From NCBI GenBank assembly GCA_964016885.1, contig OZ024751.1:16182001-16246000 (forward strand): a DNA stretch of 64,000 nucleotides, read 5' to 3'. The translations under genes were made by a program, and so were the position numbers. Under the pieces are notes generated by a model. The model had not been told where the DNA came from, made no database searches, and worked only from the letters and a program-made list of their open reading frames with translations. How positions within the stretch are numbered: the first letter of the stretch is position 1; each line of letters opens with the position of its first letter. Below are positions 14,603 through 29,530 of the stretch, in pieces. This stretch comes from Eledone cirrhosa. Its lineage: Eukaryota.

Positions 14603-15370
14603 AAGCCGGTCGGAGTATTGCTTAAAGCTTTCTCTGTTAATGTATTAAATATTATACTCTTGATTTGGCCAGGGATGAATATTTCCAGATACTTTTTAGG
14701 TATGACTTTCCGTATTTATTCTTTGTATGAAATATTGATTGTTCTTCCGGTATCTTATCTCTGTTTTTAGCCTATGAAAATACCTATATGCGTGTATAAA
14801 TAATACATGCATAAATTTATTTTGTTTATATCAAATTGAGTTCTTTACGCATGGTTAAAATTGTTGAAAGAATTAATTGACCGGCGTGCATATTATTTTA
14901 TTCTTTTATGTTTTGCGATGACCTCCCCTTTCCGCTTGATGGCAGTGTGAGATTTCTCATTGTGACACTGCTGGAATTTTAAATTTGGCGGTCATTCTAG
15001 CACGGAGGGGTACCAACGCTGAACATTAATATCGGTAAAGTTTTTTTTTATATAAATATTTGTCGGGCATCAACTGATGATTTATAAGTGCCCACCTACA
15101 TATATTCCTACGGACTATGTGTAGGCTTCTACATAACCTGGACATTATTTTCCCAATTTGTAGAAAACTTATAATGGAACGTTCGTTTGGAAAGAGAGAT
15201 GTATTTTAATTATGTCTCATATAAAATAATACAACTGGCTATCCGCAAAATACGTATAGTTAGCACCCCAAACGTATAATTGGGATTATACTAAGGTATA
15301 TCCTAATGTTTGTCGAGTGAGACGGAAGCCGGTCGGAGTATTGCTTGAAGCTTTCTCTGTTAATGTATTA
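14603..15370 (-). mobile_element. Degraded Penelope-like RT fragment bounded by ~44-bp direct repeats
   Basis: Direct repeat aagccggtcggagtattgctt..atgtatta at both ends; 14655-14695 homologous to 22730-22760. Confidence 0.4.
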
Positions 15371-15372
15371 TA

Positions 15373-15437
<65 letters not shown>

Positions 15438-15534
15438 TCACACTGACATACACCGTTATATACACACTGGCTCACAGCATGTCAAACATAGGCACACCGA
15501 CACACACATACATATAGACAGATATATCTATCTA

Positions 15535-15593
<59 letters not shown>

Positions 15594-15669
15594 CCACATA
15601 CACCGTTATATACACACTGGCTCACAGCATGTCAAACATAGCCAACCCGACACACAGATACATATAGAC

Positions 15670-15745
<76 letters not shown>

Positions 15746-15935
15746 TGACATACACCGTTATATACACACTGGCTTACAGCATGTCAAATATAGACACACC
15801 GACCCACAGATACATATAGACAGATATATATAGATATATATAGATATATATATACACATTGACATACACCGTTATATACACACTGGCTCACAGCATGTCA
15901 AACATAGCCAACCCGACACACAGATACATATAGAC

Positions 15936-16033
<98 letters not shown>

Positions 16034-16490
16034 TGACATACACCGTTATATACACACTGGCTTACATCATGTCAAATATAGACACACCGACCCACAGATA
16101 CATATAGACAGATATATATAGATATATATAGATATATATATACACATTGACATACACCGTTATATACACACTGGCTTACAGCATGTCAAACATAGACACA
16201 CCGACCCACAGATACATATTGACAGATATATATAGATATATATAGATATATATATACACATTGACATACACCGTTATATACACACTGGCTTACAGCATGT
16301 CAAACATAGACACACCGACCCACAGATACATATTGACAGATATATATCTCTATATATGCAGAGGTTATATTTAATTTGTTGGGATTCAACAAGCTTAATA
16401 ATTTTATAACTAATATAAAGCACTCAACAGTTTAGTGGAGTAAATATTCAATATATTAATAAATGGAAACTATATTTATAAAACCATAAT

Positions 16491-16557
16491 TACTGTATTA
16501 CATATATTTCAAGGACAACGAAGGCAAATTATGGTGCGCTTTCATCAGATAAAATAC
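16491..16557 (-). ncRNA. Degenerate hammerhead ribozyme, same pLTR family as 10951-11215
   Basis: Minus CTGATGA...GAAATATATGTA. Flanking 16355-16590 is homologous to ~10975-11215. Confidence 0.45.
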
Positions 16558-16815
16558 AGATTTGTTTTATAAATAAATATTGACATACCCGGAAAAAAGA
16601 TATATATATATATATATATACTCACACTAACATACACCGTTATATACACACTGACTCACAGCATGTCAAATATAGACACACCGACTCACAGATACATATT
16701 GACAGATATATATAGAGATATATATATACACATTGACATACACCGTTATATACACACTGACTCACATATAAACCGACTGCGATAGACCTCTTAAATTGCA
16801 TTATGTCTTCGTAGA

Positions 16816-17204
16816 TTGGCAGTATCGGTAGAGGGTCGGACGCCATGCTTTCCAGCATAGTTACGTCCCTTTATGATCTGAGTTCAAATCCCGCCGAGGT
16901 TGACTTTGCCTTTCATCCTTACGGGGTCGATAAAATAAAGTACCAGTAATGCACTGGATAATTGCTGGCCTTGTGCCTAAAGTAGAAACAATTATGTCTT
17001 CATAGACATAGACAAAGGGCGGTGGATTGGCAGTATCGGTAGAGGGTGGGACGCCATGCTTTGACGCATAGAGTTACGGCTCTTGCCATTCTGAGTTGAA
17101 ATCCCGCAGAGGTTAACTTTGCCTTTCATTCTTACGGGGTCGATAAAATAAAGTACCAGTAATGTACTGGGTAATTTGCTGGCCTTGTGCCAAAAGTAGA
17201 AACG
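16816..17204 (+). mobile_element. Two tandem Meta-type SINEs sharing a triplicated target site
   Basis: ATTATGTCTTC(G/A)TAGA at 16800, 16991 and 17205. Confidence 0.85.
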
Positions 17205-17239
17205 ATTATGTCTTCATAGACACATTAACGCTTATCCAC

Positions 17240-19015
17240 AGATATACACCGATATATGTACACACTAATACACACCAACACACACACACTAACCGCCACA
17301 CACATGCACACGCAGACAATCACACACTGACACACATCAACATATACACACACATGCACTCACACACACAACCTCTCCCTCACTGACCCACATCAACATG
17401 TACACACACATGCACGCACACGCAGACAATGACACACTGACACACATCAACATAGAAACACACATGCACACGCAGACAACCTCTCACACACTGGCACCCA
17501 TCAATAAATACACACACATGCACACAGAGACAATCACACACTGACACACATCGACATATACACACACAACCTCTCACACACACTGACACACATCAACATA
17601 TACACACACACACACACACACACAACCTCTAACACACTGACACACATAACATATACACACACACACAACCTCTCACTGACCCACACACATACACTCACAC
17701 ACAACCTCTCACACACTGACACACATCAACATATACACACACGACTTCTCACACACACTGACACACATCAACATATACACACACATGCACACACACACAC
17801 ACACACACAACCTCTAACACACTGATACACATAACATATACACACACACACAACCTCTCACTGACCCACACACATACACACACACAACCTCTCACACACT
17901 GACACACATCAACATATACACATGCATGCACACACACTCAACCTCTCACTGACACACATCAACATATATAAAACACATGCACATACACACACACAACCTC
18001 TCACACACTGACACACATCAACATATACACGCACATAGTGAAAAGCACGAACAGATACAGACACAAACACACACACACACGGACACACACCAACACGCAC
18101 CAACTAACACATACGCAACGACATACAGATATGCACACACGGACACACACAACTACACACAAATATACATACAGACATACACACAGACACACACACGTAC
18201 AAAGTCACCCATCGACACACTCTGTCAAACACACATACCGACTCACTTAAACACACACTCACACTGACACACACCAATACGTATACACCAACACATACAA
18301 ATACATCGACACATATCAACACACACACACACCGACACACACTAACTAAAAAAAACCGACACACCCCAACATACACACAAAAACGATATACACCTTCATA
18401 CGCACACACACCATCACGCCGACATACATACACACAAAACACCGACACCCACTATCACCCCCCCCCCCCCCAAAAAAAAAAAGAAGAAAAGAAAACACAC
18501 ACACGCACACCGATACACACACACTGGCATACACACCAACACAAAAACTGACATATACAGACAAACACACGCACACATACACACGCACACACACAAAGAC
18601 ACCAACACCCAGCTACAGACACACACACCAACACACACCAACACACACACACACACACAAACCAACACGCACACCAACACACACGCACACCAACACACAT
18701 GCATACACCCATACACACACATACATACACATACACACACCAACACCGAGCTACACCCATGCCCACATACACACACATATTCACATACACACACCAACAC
18801 CTAGCTATACATACAGACATACACACATACATACACACAGACACACACACACACACACCAACACCCAGCTACACACATACTCACACATACACGCACACAC
18901 ACCGATACACACATATACATACACACACAGGCACCAACACCCAGCTACACACACACACACATATATACATACATACACACCAACACACACCAACACCCAG
19001 CTACACAGTAACACA
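17240..19015. repeat. Complex (CA)-rich minisatellite/low-complexity block
   Basis: Recurrent acaacctctcacacactgacacacatcaacatatac units. Confidence 0.85.
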
Positions 19016-19257
19016 TAGCATAGAGTGCTATTGCTTTCAATGATAACGATATTTACCTTTTTTGTTCTGCCAGTAATGATGGAGTTGTTTCTAGAAGCGG
19101 AAGGCTTTATTTAGAAGAAGCCTGACAATGCAGAAAGATAATACTGTGAATTAAAAAAATTATGTGTGTATATGAATGGGCCTATGTATGTGTGTGTATG
19201 TTGAGTGTCAGCATATGGATGCGTATGTAGGATAGAGAAACGAATGTGTTTGTATAA

Positions 19258-19327
<70 letters not shown>

Positions 19328-19383
19328 GTAAGTATGTATGTATACGTACATACATATATGTATACAGACGTACAGTAGCATGC

Positions 19384-19496
<113 letters not shown>

Positions 19497-19645
19497 CAGG
19501 TACACATACATATATGCACGCATCAGTTTAGCGGACGCTTATTATAACGCCGCTTTGTTCGTTTGTCAACAAACTGAACAGCCTCAATTTATGCCATACG
19601 GTGTTAAGGCAACCACGTCACCTTTTTGTTCAACACTGACACAGG

Positions 19646-19690
19646 AACGATGTACTAGTTTCAAGCTTGTTAGCTATCATCAGCACCGTT
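19646..19690 (-). ncRNA. Minimal type I hammerhead ribozyme (satellite copy 1)
   Basis: Minus strand AACGGTG-CTGATGA-TAGCTAACAAGCTT-GAAAC-TA-GTA-CATCGTT: stem I, core, stem II and palindromic stem III ACTAGT. Confidence 0.85.
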
Positions 19691-19927
19691 TACCCATCTG
19701 CCAGATAGTTGAACGTTCGAAAGTATATACTTTCCTTATGAAAATTAACGGCTGAGCAGCCTAATTTGCATATTGAGTGAGTTAAATCGGTCAGGCATAC
19801 CGAAAACGATAAGTTGAAAAAAATGAAAACGAAATTTCATTTCTCACTCTTAGTATGGCACTTACTTAAATGTAAGTATGTATGTATACGTACATACATA
19901 TATGTATACAGACGTACAGTAGCATGC

Positions 19928-20050
<123 letters not shown>

Positions 20051-20198
20051 CAGGTACACATACATATATGCACGCATCAGTTTAGCGGACGCTTATTATA
20101 ACCCGCTTTGTTCGTTTGTCAACAAACTGAACAGCCTCAATTTATGCCATACGGTGTTAAGGCAACCACGTCACCTTTTTGTTCAACACTGACACAGG

Positions 20199-20243
20199 AA
20201 CGATGTACTAGTTTCAAGCTTGTTAGCTATCATCAGCACCGTT
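20199..20243 (-). ncRNA. Minimal type I hammerhead ribozyme (satellite copy 2)
   Basis: Identical motif to copy 1. Confidence 0.85.
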
Positions 20244-20481
20244 TACCCATCTGCCAGATAGTTGAACGTTCGAAAGTATATACTTTCCTTATGAAAATTA
20301 ACGGCTGAGCAGCCTAATTTGCATATTGAGTGAGTTAAATCGGTCAGGCATACCGAAAACGATAAGTTGAAAAAAAATGAAAACGAAATTTCATTTCTCA
20401 CTCTTAGTATGGCACTTACTTAAATGTAAGTATGTATGTATACGTACATACATATATGTATACAGACGTACAGTAGCATGC

Positions 20482-20595
<114 letters not shown>

Positions 20596-20720
20596 CAGGT
20601 ACACATACATATATGCACGCATCAGTTTAGCGCATCAATATGCAAATTAGGCTGCTCAGCCGTTAATTTTCATAAGGAAAGTATATACTTTCGAACGTTC
20701 AACTATCTGGCAGATGGGTA

Positions 20721-20765
20721 AACGGTGCTGATGATAGCTAACAAGCTTGAAACTAGTACATCGTT
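20721..20765 (+). ncRNA. Minimal type I hammerhead ribozyme (satellite copy 3)
   Basis: aacggtgCTGATGAtagctaacaagcttGAAActagTAcatcgtt. Confidence 0.85.
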
Positions 20766-20914
20766 CCTGTGTCAGTGTTGAACAAAAAGGTGACGTGGTT
20801 GCCTTAACACCGTATGGCATAAATTGAGGCTGTTCAGTTTGTTGACAAACGAACAAAGCGGCGTTATAATAAGCGTCCGCTAAACTGATGCGTGCATATA
20901 TGTATGTGTACCTG

Positions 20915-21011
<97 letters not shown>

Positions 21012-21249
21012 GCATGCTACTGTACGTCTGTATACATATATGTATGTACGTATACATACATACTTACATTTAAGTAAGTGCCATACTAAGAGTGAGAAAT
21101 GAAATTTCGTTTTCATTTTTTTTCAACTTATCGTTTTCGGTATGCCTGACCGATTTAACTCACTCAATATGCAAATTAGGCTGCTCAGCCGTTAATTTTC
21201 ATAAGGAAAGTATATACTTTCGAACGTTCAACTATCTGGCAGATGGGTA

Positions 21250-21294
21250 AACGGTGCTGATGATAGCTAACAAGCTTGAAACTAGTACATCGTT
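21250..21294 (+). ncRNA. Minimal type I hammerhead ribozyme (satellite copy 4)
   Basis: Identical motif, 529 bp after copy 3. Confidence 0.85.
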
Positions 21295-21443
21295 CCTGTG
21301 TCAGTGTTGAACAAAAAGGTGACGTGGTTGCCTTAACACCGTATGGCATAAATTGAGGCTGTTCAGTTTGTTGACAAACGAACAAAGCGGCGTTATAATA
21401 AGCGTCCGCTAAACTGATGCGTGCATATATGTATGTGTACCTG

Positions 21444-21546
<103 letters not shown>

Positions 21547-21784
21547 GCATGCTACTGTACGTCTGTATACATATATGTATGTACGTATACATACATACTT
21601 ACATTTAAGTAAGTGCCATACTAAGAGTGAGAAATGAAATTTCGTTTTCATTTTTTTTCAACTTATCGTTTTCGGTATGCCTGACCGATTTAACTCACTC
21701 AATATGCAAATTAGGCTGCTCAGCCGTTAATTTTCATAAGGAAAGTATATACTTTCGAACGTTCAACTATCTGGCAGATGGGTA

Positions 21785-21829
21785 AACGGTGCTGATGATA
21801 GCTAACAAGCTTGAAACTAGTACATCGTT
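21785..21829 (+). ncRNA. Minimal type I hammerhead ribozyme (satellite copy 5)
   Basis: Identical motif, 535 bp after copy 4. Confidence 0.85.
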
Positions 21830-21978
21830 CCTGTGTCAGTGTTGAACAAAAAGGTGACGTGGTTGCCTTAACACCGTATGGCATAAATTGAGGCTGTTCA
21901 GTTTGTTGACAAACGAACAAAGCGGCGTTATAATAAGCGTCCGCTAAACTGATGCGTGCATATATGTATGTGTACCTG

Positions 21979-22083
<105 letters not shown>

Positions 22084-22198
22084 GCATGCTACTGTACGTC
22101 TGTATACATATATGTATGTACGTATACATACATACTTACATTTAAGTAAGTGCCATACTAAGAGTGAGAAATGAAATTTCGTTTTCATTTTTTTTCAA

Positions 22199-22236
<38 letters not shown>

Positions 22237-22321
22237 GTAGGAGGTGAGTTGTATTGTAGCACAATAAAGCAATGCAAATATCGGATAAGTAGCACTCTAC
22301 AGTTTGTAGGACTGGAGTATA

Positions 22322-22762
22322 AATAATATAAGATCAAAGATGGTTAAAAGAGTTCCAAGTATTTTATTATGCGCATTTCAAAAACAAATATCATCATGGG
22401 ATGATATCTGCGTTTTCATCAGATAAAATAGGGATACATGATATGAAGCTTAAAAAACACTTGTGAATAGTGAAGTTTTAAATCAACATATGAAAAATAA
22501 TTTAAGATTGATGTATGAGATTGGGAAAAAGTGAGGCGGGTTGGAAAAAGTAAGGAAGGGGAGGAGATGAGAGTAAATCTGGATATATGCTAATGTATTT
22601 CTAGTTCTAGTGTTAAGTTTATTATGGTGAATTGCTGTGTTATGGCATTTAGGTATGTAGTAAATGGATTGATCATAACTAGATTCAGAAAGAGCCTTAT
22701 TATAATATGGTGCATGGTTTATAAATATCTCTTGATTTGCTTAACTAATGAATATTTCCAGC
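22322..22762 (-). mobile_element. Internally deleted Penelope-like element (post-RT fragment joined to HHR pLTR)
   Basis: Minus translation ANQEIFINHAPYYNKALSESSYDQSIYYIP resembles the PLE post-RT region; followed by HHR 22360-22430. Confidence 0.55.
22360..22430 (-). ncRNA. Type I hammerhead ribozyme, PLE-associated (ATGCGCAT stem III family)
   Basis: Minus: tattttat-CTGATGA-long stem II-GAAATGCGCATA-ataaaata; 8-bp stem I and palindromic stem III. Confidence 0.8.
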
Positions 22763-22930
22763 TCTGCGCGCCTAATTTCTGCATGAACCCAGCTACCTAG
22801 CTGCTTTGCACTGCATATTGTACACTGAGCACATGCCTTTACGCTTTTGCTTCTAACTAATTCACCAATCTCTTCTCTTCTATGTCCTCTCCTATCTCCA
22901 TCTCTCTCTTTAAGATTGGTTACTCTTGAA

Positions 22931-23006
<76 letters not shown>

Positions 23007-23171
23007 AATTAGTATATCTACTAAAATATATATACAGATGCATACCTATGCCAGCAAATATATAGGTTTTGTCTTAGTAACTTTGTGGTTCAATGCATGG
23101 GGATGCAGAACAATAATATGAAAGACGTAAAATAAGAAAATTATAAAAATTAACTTACTTACTAAAATTTC

Positions 23172-23253
23172 ACTCCAACTAATTAGTTTCTGAAAGGGAA
23201 TAAACATAGTTTCCGAAGAAACGTACGGAGAAGCCTTTCGTCATCAGGGTAGT
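23172..23253 (-). ncRNA. Type I hammerhead ribozyme candidate (AACTAATTAGTT stem III)
   Basis: Minus: actaccCTGATGAcgaaagg...cctttcaGAAActaattagTTggagt. Confidence 0.6.
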
Positions 23254-23526
23254 CTATTTTCAGCTAAGTTTCCAGGCAATGCGTGGACACAGGGAACTTA
23301 TACAAAAATAATTCAGTGGATGGAAAAAAGCAAAGCGTGGACTAAGTTCCAAGCCATTGAAAAAATCACTGCCTACTGCGTCGGTGACAAATTCAAAGGA
23401 ATCAATCACGTGACATCGAGGTTAATCAGTGAGGAGTGTTTTGTTAAGAAGACAGCAGCCGAACCGTTAGTTATTTTAGTAATTTTAGTAAGTAAGTTAA
23501 TTTTTATAATTTTCTTATTTTACGTC

Positions 23527-23643
<117 letters not shown>

Positions 23644-23680
23644 ATATATAAGATCAAAAGATGGTTAAATGAATTCCATG

Positions 23681-23751
23681 TATTTTATTATGCGCATTTC
23701 AAAAACAAACATCATCATGCAATAATATTTGTGTTTTCATCAGATAAAACA
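23681..23751 (-). ncRNA. Type I hammerhead ribozyme (ATGCGCAT family)
   Basis: Same family as 22360-22430, core intact. Confidence 0.75.
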
Positions 23752-23893
23752 GGAGAACATGATAAGAGGGCTAAAAAACACTTGTGGATAGTGCAGTTTT
23801 AAATCAACATATCGTTGCAACCGGAGGAAGACAGGAAGACTGTTGCAACGTTTTTTGAAATATCCAGTTCTGCGTTTACAGATTGACTTTGTT

Positions 23894-23944
23894 AGTTTCA
23901 GAAGATCCCGTTAAGGGTGAAAGCAGCGATTCTTTGCTTAAACT
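23894..23944 (+). ncRNA. Hammerhead-like motif with variant core CAGAAGA (copies at 33426-33476 -, ~45063-45113 -, ~45156-45205 +)
   Basis: agtttCAGAAGAtcccgttaagggtGAAAgcag...ttgcTTaaact; all three stems can form. Confidence 0.5.
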
Positions 23945-24760
23945 TTAATCTGTTATTTTAATAAATATTTGCTCTTCGGTTCTTATATATTTGATATATA
24001 TTTTCCTTATCGAGCCCTCTTTGGATTTTAGTCTTCAATTTTATTATTATTACTATATTTATATATATATATATATATTACTGACAGGAAGCTATTGAAT
24101 AGAGCCGTTGCTCTTTCGATCGTTTTCCCACCCACTCAATAATTTAATTAAGTCAGTATCAATAAGATGCCAGCCCAGGTAAATTAGAATGGACACTAAT
24201 ACGTTAAATAATGAGAATTACGATTTCGTGTGGATAGAAAATTTAATTTTCTGGACTCCGACTAATTCATTAGTGTCTGTTACTCCATCTGCTAGTGACA
24301 GTCCAAATATAACTGTCGTGCACAAAATTAGGTAATGCTATTAACCATTACGTAATTGGCGTAGAGCAGTTTCATCAGCGAGAAATTAGCTCCTCTGGAA
24401 CGGATCAGCTACCAAGTGACCTCTCTGGTGTAGTTTAGCGATTAGAGTAGTAAACTCAACCCTGAGTGACACGTGACAGCGAGGGGAGGTAAGCTAGTTC
24501 TGCTTATTCACGTAGGAAACGTTAGCACATATTCAAATTGAAAAAGAAAAAAAAGGAAAACGGGCTATGAACCACTAATATATAATCATGGTACAAATTT
24601 GATATAAATCCATGGCTTTAGAGCATTCAATTCGTGGGACGAACTATGTATAATCAATTACAACCAACGAAACTTAATTATTTGCACATGCCAGTGTTGT
24701 AAATGATTATTTATACATACATACATATATATTATTCAGAATATTAATAAATGAAGACAT

Positions 24761-24828
24761 ATGTTTTATTATATATATTTCGAAGGTACTGTGCTGTTTT
24801 TTCAGTACGTCCTCGTCAGATAAAATAC
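24761..24828 (-). ncRNA. Type I hammerhead ribozyme (GTACTG stem II family)
   Basis: Minus: attttatCTGACGAggacgtactg...cagtaccttcGAAAtatataTAataaaac. Confidence 0.75.
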
Positions 24829-24919
24829 ATGAATTGATGTATGACATACCTCAACGATTTTGATGGTTCAATTCCAGTATTGGACATACATATATATATA
24901 TATACATACACATATATAG

Positions 24920-25027
<108 letters not shown>

Positions 25028-25330
25028 TAAAGAGTAGAAAGGAGAAATTGTTTTTCAGTAGAAATGTTGAAGAGATTTTTTCAGTGAAATATCAAAACAT
25101 TAATTTATTTACAACACTGTTTTCAGCATTATATGCATTGTCAATTACGGATATGCAGAATATTATATAGTTGCATATTTATACAAATAGTGATAATAAT
25201 ACTAATGGAAATAAAAAGGGGAAGAAAAATTAATTTTCACATACATGTTCATTCAGGGAAGAGAGTTCATTTCTCTGTCCATCCTTCTCCGTTAATAGCT
25301 TGGTTATGACAACTAAGCTCTTATTGTAAA

Positions 25331-26239
25331 CTAGCATTAAAGCCCGGCGTTGCTCGGGGTCATTAAATTACCAAAGTTAGGTTGCACCACCCATTTTATG
25401 GCAGCACTTTTTTGTCTGCCAGGCACTGGGTGAATGAATTGCAGACCTGGAAGCATGAGCTGCGCCAGCAGTGACAATTGTAGTTTCGCCTATGGATATT
25501 ATCTCTGTGCAAAAAAGTGTTGAAATTTATTGTTTCACAGTACTTGCGCAACACGTGCGTAGACGACTCCAGCCGAACAACAGAGCTGCGATGGAGTTGT
25601 TCTGCATGGTTGTCTGTGTATTTTCTAAATTTAAGACAGTAGGGAGGGTTGTGATATGAGGGAGAGTTAGCTGTTGTTTCTAGCAGGTTTAGTGACCTCA
25701 TAGAGGATATGTGTTTTCTAAATTTAAGACAGTAGGGAGCGGTGTGATATGGGGGAGAGTTAGCTGCTGTTTCTAGCAGGTTTAGTGACCTCACAGAAGA
25801 TATGTTTTCTAAATTTAAGACAGTAGGGTGGGGTGTGTGGAGGGGTGTGATATGGGGGAGAGTTAGCTTCTGTTTCTAGCAGGTTTAGTAACCTCATAGA
25901 GGATATGTGTTTTCTAAATTTAAGACAGTAGGGAGTGGTGTGAACGGACAGTATCACCATCAAGCTTGGAAAGAGAAAGTAGCAGAAAGTATGAAGTTGT
26001 ATAGATTTTGAATGGTAGTAGAAAGCGTTCAGCAGTTTAAATGAGAGAGAAAAATCGTAAAATATTGAGTTTTATTTATTTTTTGCGTAATTGTGGGTGA
26101 AATTGAAAAAATTATCTGCGTCAAGACGCAATCGAAACTATTTCTAATACTGGGTTGTAAATTTCAATTGAAGAAATTCTATATCGTAGATTTCTATAAC
26201 GAAAGAGCATGACCACACACTGAGCTTTATAGATTATGA
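25331..26239 (-). mobile_element. Non-autonomous Helitron (second copy, inverted)
   Basis: Reverse complement of 50056-50937 with the same TC/CTAG termini and A|T target. Confidence 0.88.
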
Positions 26240-26328
26240 TAAAGTAATGTTTTGATATTTCATTGAAAAAATATTTTTCCTTTCTACTATTTGTTTTTAT
26301 ATATATCAAATCGTGTGCTACTTTTCTA

Positions 26329-26391
<63 letters not shown>

Positions 26392-26683
26392 TATTTGGGG
26401 AGGGTCATGTTGTTATAATATTGCCAGAAATATATATTAAAACGCATATATAAGTTGTGGGAGTCCCAAACGCAGAAATTAAGTGTAACTACAGTCGGTT
26501 GCTATTAACAATAGCTTAGAAAATGGGGTAAAGTAACCCATTAGACGTAAAAAGTAGTTGCACTGTATTCGATAACGAGTTTCTTCCTCCGTAAGTCAGT
26601 GTTGCTGTTCGGTTGTTAAAAGTATAACTACTCTTCATATTTCTCCTGTTTGTAAAACTGAACACATGCTTATACACACACAC

Positions 26684-26684
<1 letters not shown>

Positions 26685-26714
<30 letters not shown>

Positions 26715-27680
26715 TGTATGTATGTATGTATGTATGTATGTATGTATGTATGTATGTATGTATGTATGTTCTTTTAGTTTTATAGTTTCTAACATAGACA
26801 CAAGACTCTCTCATTGGAATTTACACAACATCAACTAGGTAGATATGTATGGATGTGTGGATGTGTATGTTTTGAGTTGTATGTGTGCATGTGTATATCT
26901 GTGTGTGTGTGTGTACGAACGTATGTATGTATGCACGTATGTATGTATCTATGTATGTACGTATTATCTCTTTCTCTTAATTTCGAGTATATTTTTGACC
27001 GACCACCTTCCTGGTGGCAAGGTTGTAAAAGAAAAGAAATTGTCATCCCTTGAATCGCAAGAATGTTTTGCAAATTTTGAACGTATGTATGTATGTATGT
27101 ATGTATGTATGTATGTATGTATGTATGTATGTATGTATGTATGTATGTATGTATGTATGCATGCATGCATGCATGTATGTATGTATGTATGTATGTATGT
27201 ATGTTCTTCTGGTTTTATAATTTCACACATTTTTGCCAATATAGAGAGAGTCGGTTTCTAACATAGATACAAGACTCTCTCATTTGAATTTACACAAAAT
27301 ATTTGGAATGTTTTACATATTTTTACTGTTCCATTAATGGATTGTACTTGTAATTTCCTAACTAGTTGTGTTCTTTCTGTTTAAGTGAAGCCCAGTTTCT
27401 CATGTATGTTTTCTCTTTCTCTTAATTTCGAGTATATCTTTTTGACCGGCCACCTTCCTGGTGGCAAGGTTGTAAAAGAAAAGAAATTGTCATCCCTTGA
27501 ATCGCAAGAATGTTTTGCAAATTTTGAAGGTGCCAGCTATCGCAGCCATTTGTCGACTATGAATTAGGGAGCTGCACTTTTTGTCCGCAAATCTAAGTTC
27601 AGTCATACTTTGATCATGTATGTATGTATGTATGTATGTATGTATGTATGTATGTATGTATGTATGTATGTATGTATGTG
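26685..27680. repeat. (TATG)n blocks interleaved with duplicated unique modules
   Basis: 26967-27081 recurs at 27411-27528; 26785-26828 recurs at 27255-27298. Confidence 0.75.
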
Positions 27681-28297
27681 TCGGGTCACTCTTGAGTGAT
27701 ATTAGTAACATGTAACCCAGTACATCCTGCCGTATGGTCGGGTCGTCGGCGGCTAAACCGACAAGCCCACCAAGTTTGGTGAGGAGGATAATTTTGGACA
27801 CTCTCCAGGACAAAAAATAAAACCTGCCAAAGGGGGGAAGAACTCATAACAGTTAACGACCACCCAAAAGTGTAAATATGTATATATACATGTACATATG
27901 TATGTATATGTATATATGTATATGCATGTGTGCATGTGAAGGTATATGCGCAGGGACATAGAATTAATCCGGCTGGATACCCGATCGCCCGGTTAAACCA
28001 CTGGGAGTGAAGGACCCCTCGCCTTTGTCAGGGCATTCTTCTAGGAATAGGTAACTCAGGAAACTGGAATAACTCCGATATAAAACCTGCGGCTGTGTAG
28101 TTACCGATGATATTGGTATTTTCTTCTTTTCGGGTTATAGCTACTGTCGCTCAGAGAGTGGGATTGGCTCAGTGCAGTCTTTCCTCATTTAAAAAAAAAT
28201 CTTCACCACAGGCCATTGCACGATAAAATTAATTAATAATTATTAATATTGGTATATCGTGCAATGGCCATACTCGATAACGAGGGGGAAGCCACCT
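27680..28297 (+). mobile_element. Same RTE-derived family as 4591-5258
   Basis: Colinear homology with 4591-4770 and 4945-5258. Confidence 0.7.
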
Positions 28298-28505
28298 TCA
28301 TGTATGTATGCATGTATATTTTTTCCCGTATCTTCCTCTCACTACTCTTTACTTTCTATTTATCTCCTATTTTTAACTCTGCCTTCTGACGCAGGACTAA
28401 TTTCCGAAACGTTAAACTCTCTTCCTGCTATTTCAAACGTTAAACTGTTCTATTTCTTAAATGTACTGTACCGTTTGTTTTGTTATTTTTGTTATAACTA
28501 TTACG

Positions 28506-28540
<35 letters not shown>

Positions 28541-28949
28541 GTATATATGTATATATATATGTATATATATATATACTATTATTGAATTGGAAATTCCATT
28601 GGTATTGGGAAAATGTTATGACGTGTTTACATTCAGTGATTTGGTGATGCCGACGATGGAAAGCTTTTAAGATAAATTTAGTAATCTTCTTTTAGACAGA
28701 TTTTATTCATCGATCAAACACATCCATCTTGTCAACGTAGCGACATGGTTAAGGTAGAGCTGGTAATAAAGAAACACAGTCGAAACAATCCGGAAACATC
28801 ATTAGCTATAAAAGTTTTATTTACATGGATTTAAATTGTAAAAGTGGCTTAAGCAAAACAAGAAAGAGTCTGCTTCCATTACTACCAAATATCTGTATTG
28901 TAATCGAAGTAAATGTTAAATGTATTAAAGTTTTCTGACTATTCATAGT

Positions 28950-29530
28950 ATTGGTTTCTGATTTAGACACAAAGCCTAGTGAAGGGAAAGTCGATTGAAT
29001 CGACCCCAGTTCGTTATTGGTACTTTATTTTATCGACCCCGTAATGATGAAAGGCAAAGCTAACATCGGTGGGATTTGAACTCAGAATGTAATGGGCTGT
29101 AATTCTATGCCACTTATAATGTCTGACGCTCTACCGATACTGCCAATCCACCATCCTAATAATTGTTTCTATTTTAGGCACAAGGCCAGCAAATACCCAG
29201 TGCATTACTGGTACTTTATTTTATCGACCCCGTAATGATGAAAGGCAAAGCTAACATCGGTGGGATTTGATCTCAGACTGTAAAGGGCTGTAACTCTTTG
29301 ATGCAAAGCATGGCGTCCGACCTTCTACCGATACTGCCAATACATTTCTGATATAGTTACAGGCCAACAATTTGTTTTGGTGTGTGGAGGTGGGGGAGAA
29401 AGTCGATTAAATCGACCCCAGTGCGTTACTGGTACTATATCGTATCGACCCCCCCCTCCCGTAACAATGAAAGGTGAAACTAACCTTGGCGGGATTTAAA
29501 CTCAGAACGTTTAGAGGGCCGTAACTCTAA
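28950..29530 (-). mobile_element. Three tandem Meta-type SINE copies
   Basis: Repeated ggtactttattttatcgacccc..atgaaaggcaaag..gggatttgaactcag. Confidence 0.8.

Larger units (their letters stand above)
13758..16770. repeat. Minisatellite: ~80-bp core plus variable (TA)n, interrupted by insertions
   Basis: Unit cacattgacatacaccgttatatacacactggctcacagcatgtcaaacatag..ccgacacacagatacata repeated >10 times. Confidence 0.9.

Noticed and set aside
13758-16770. CRISPR-like repeat/spacer pattern
   Set aside because: Spacers are only (TA)n length variants; eukaryotic minisatellite with no cas genes.
28385-28430. Hammerhead-like ctgacgcagg..ccgaaacgtta
   Set aside because: Core mismatched (CTGACGC) and stem I not convincing; at best a decayed copy.
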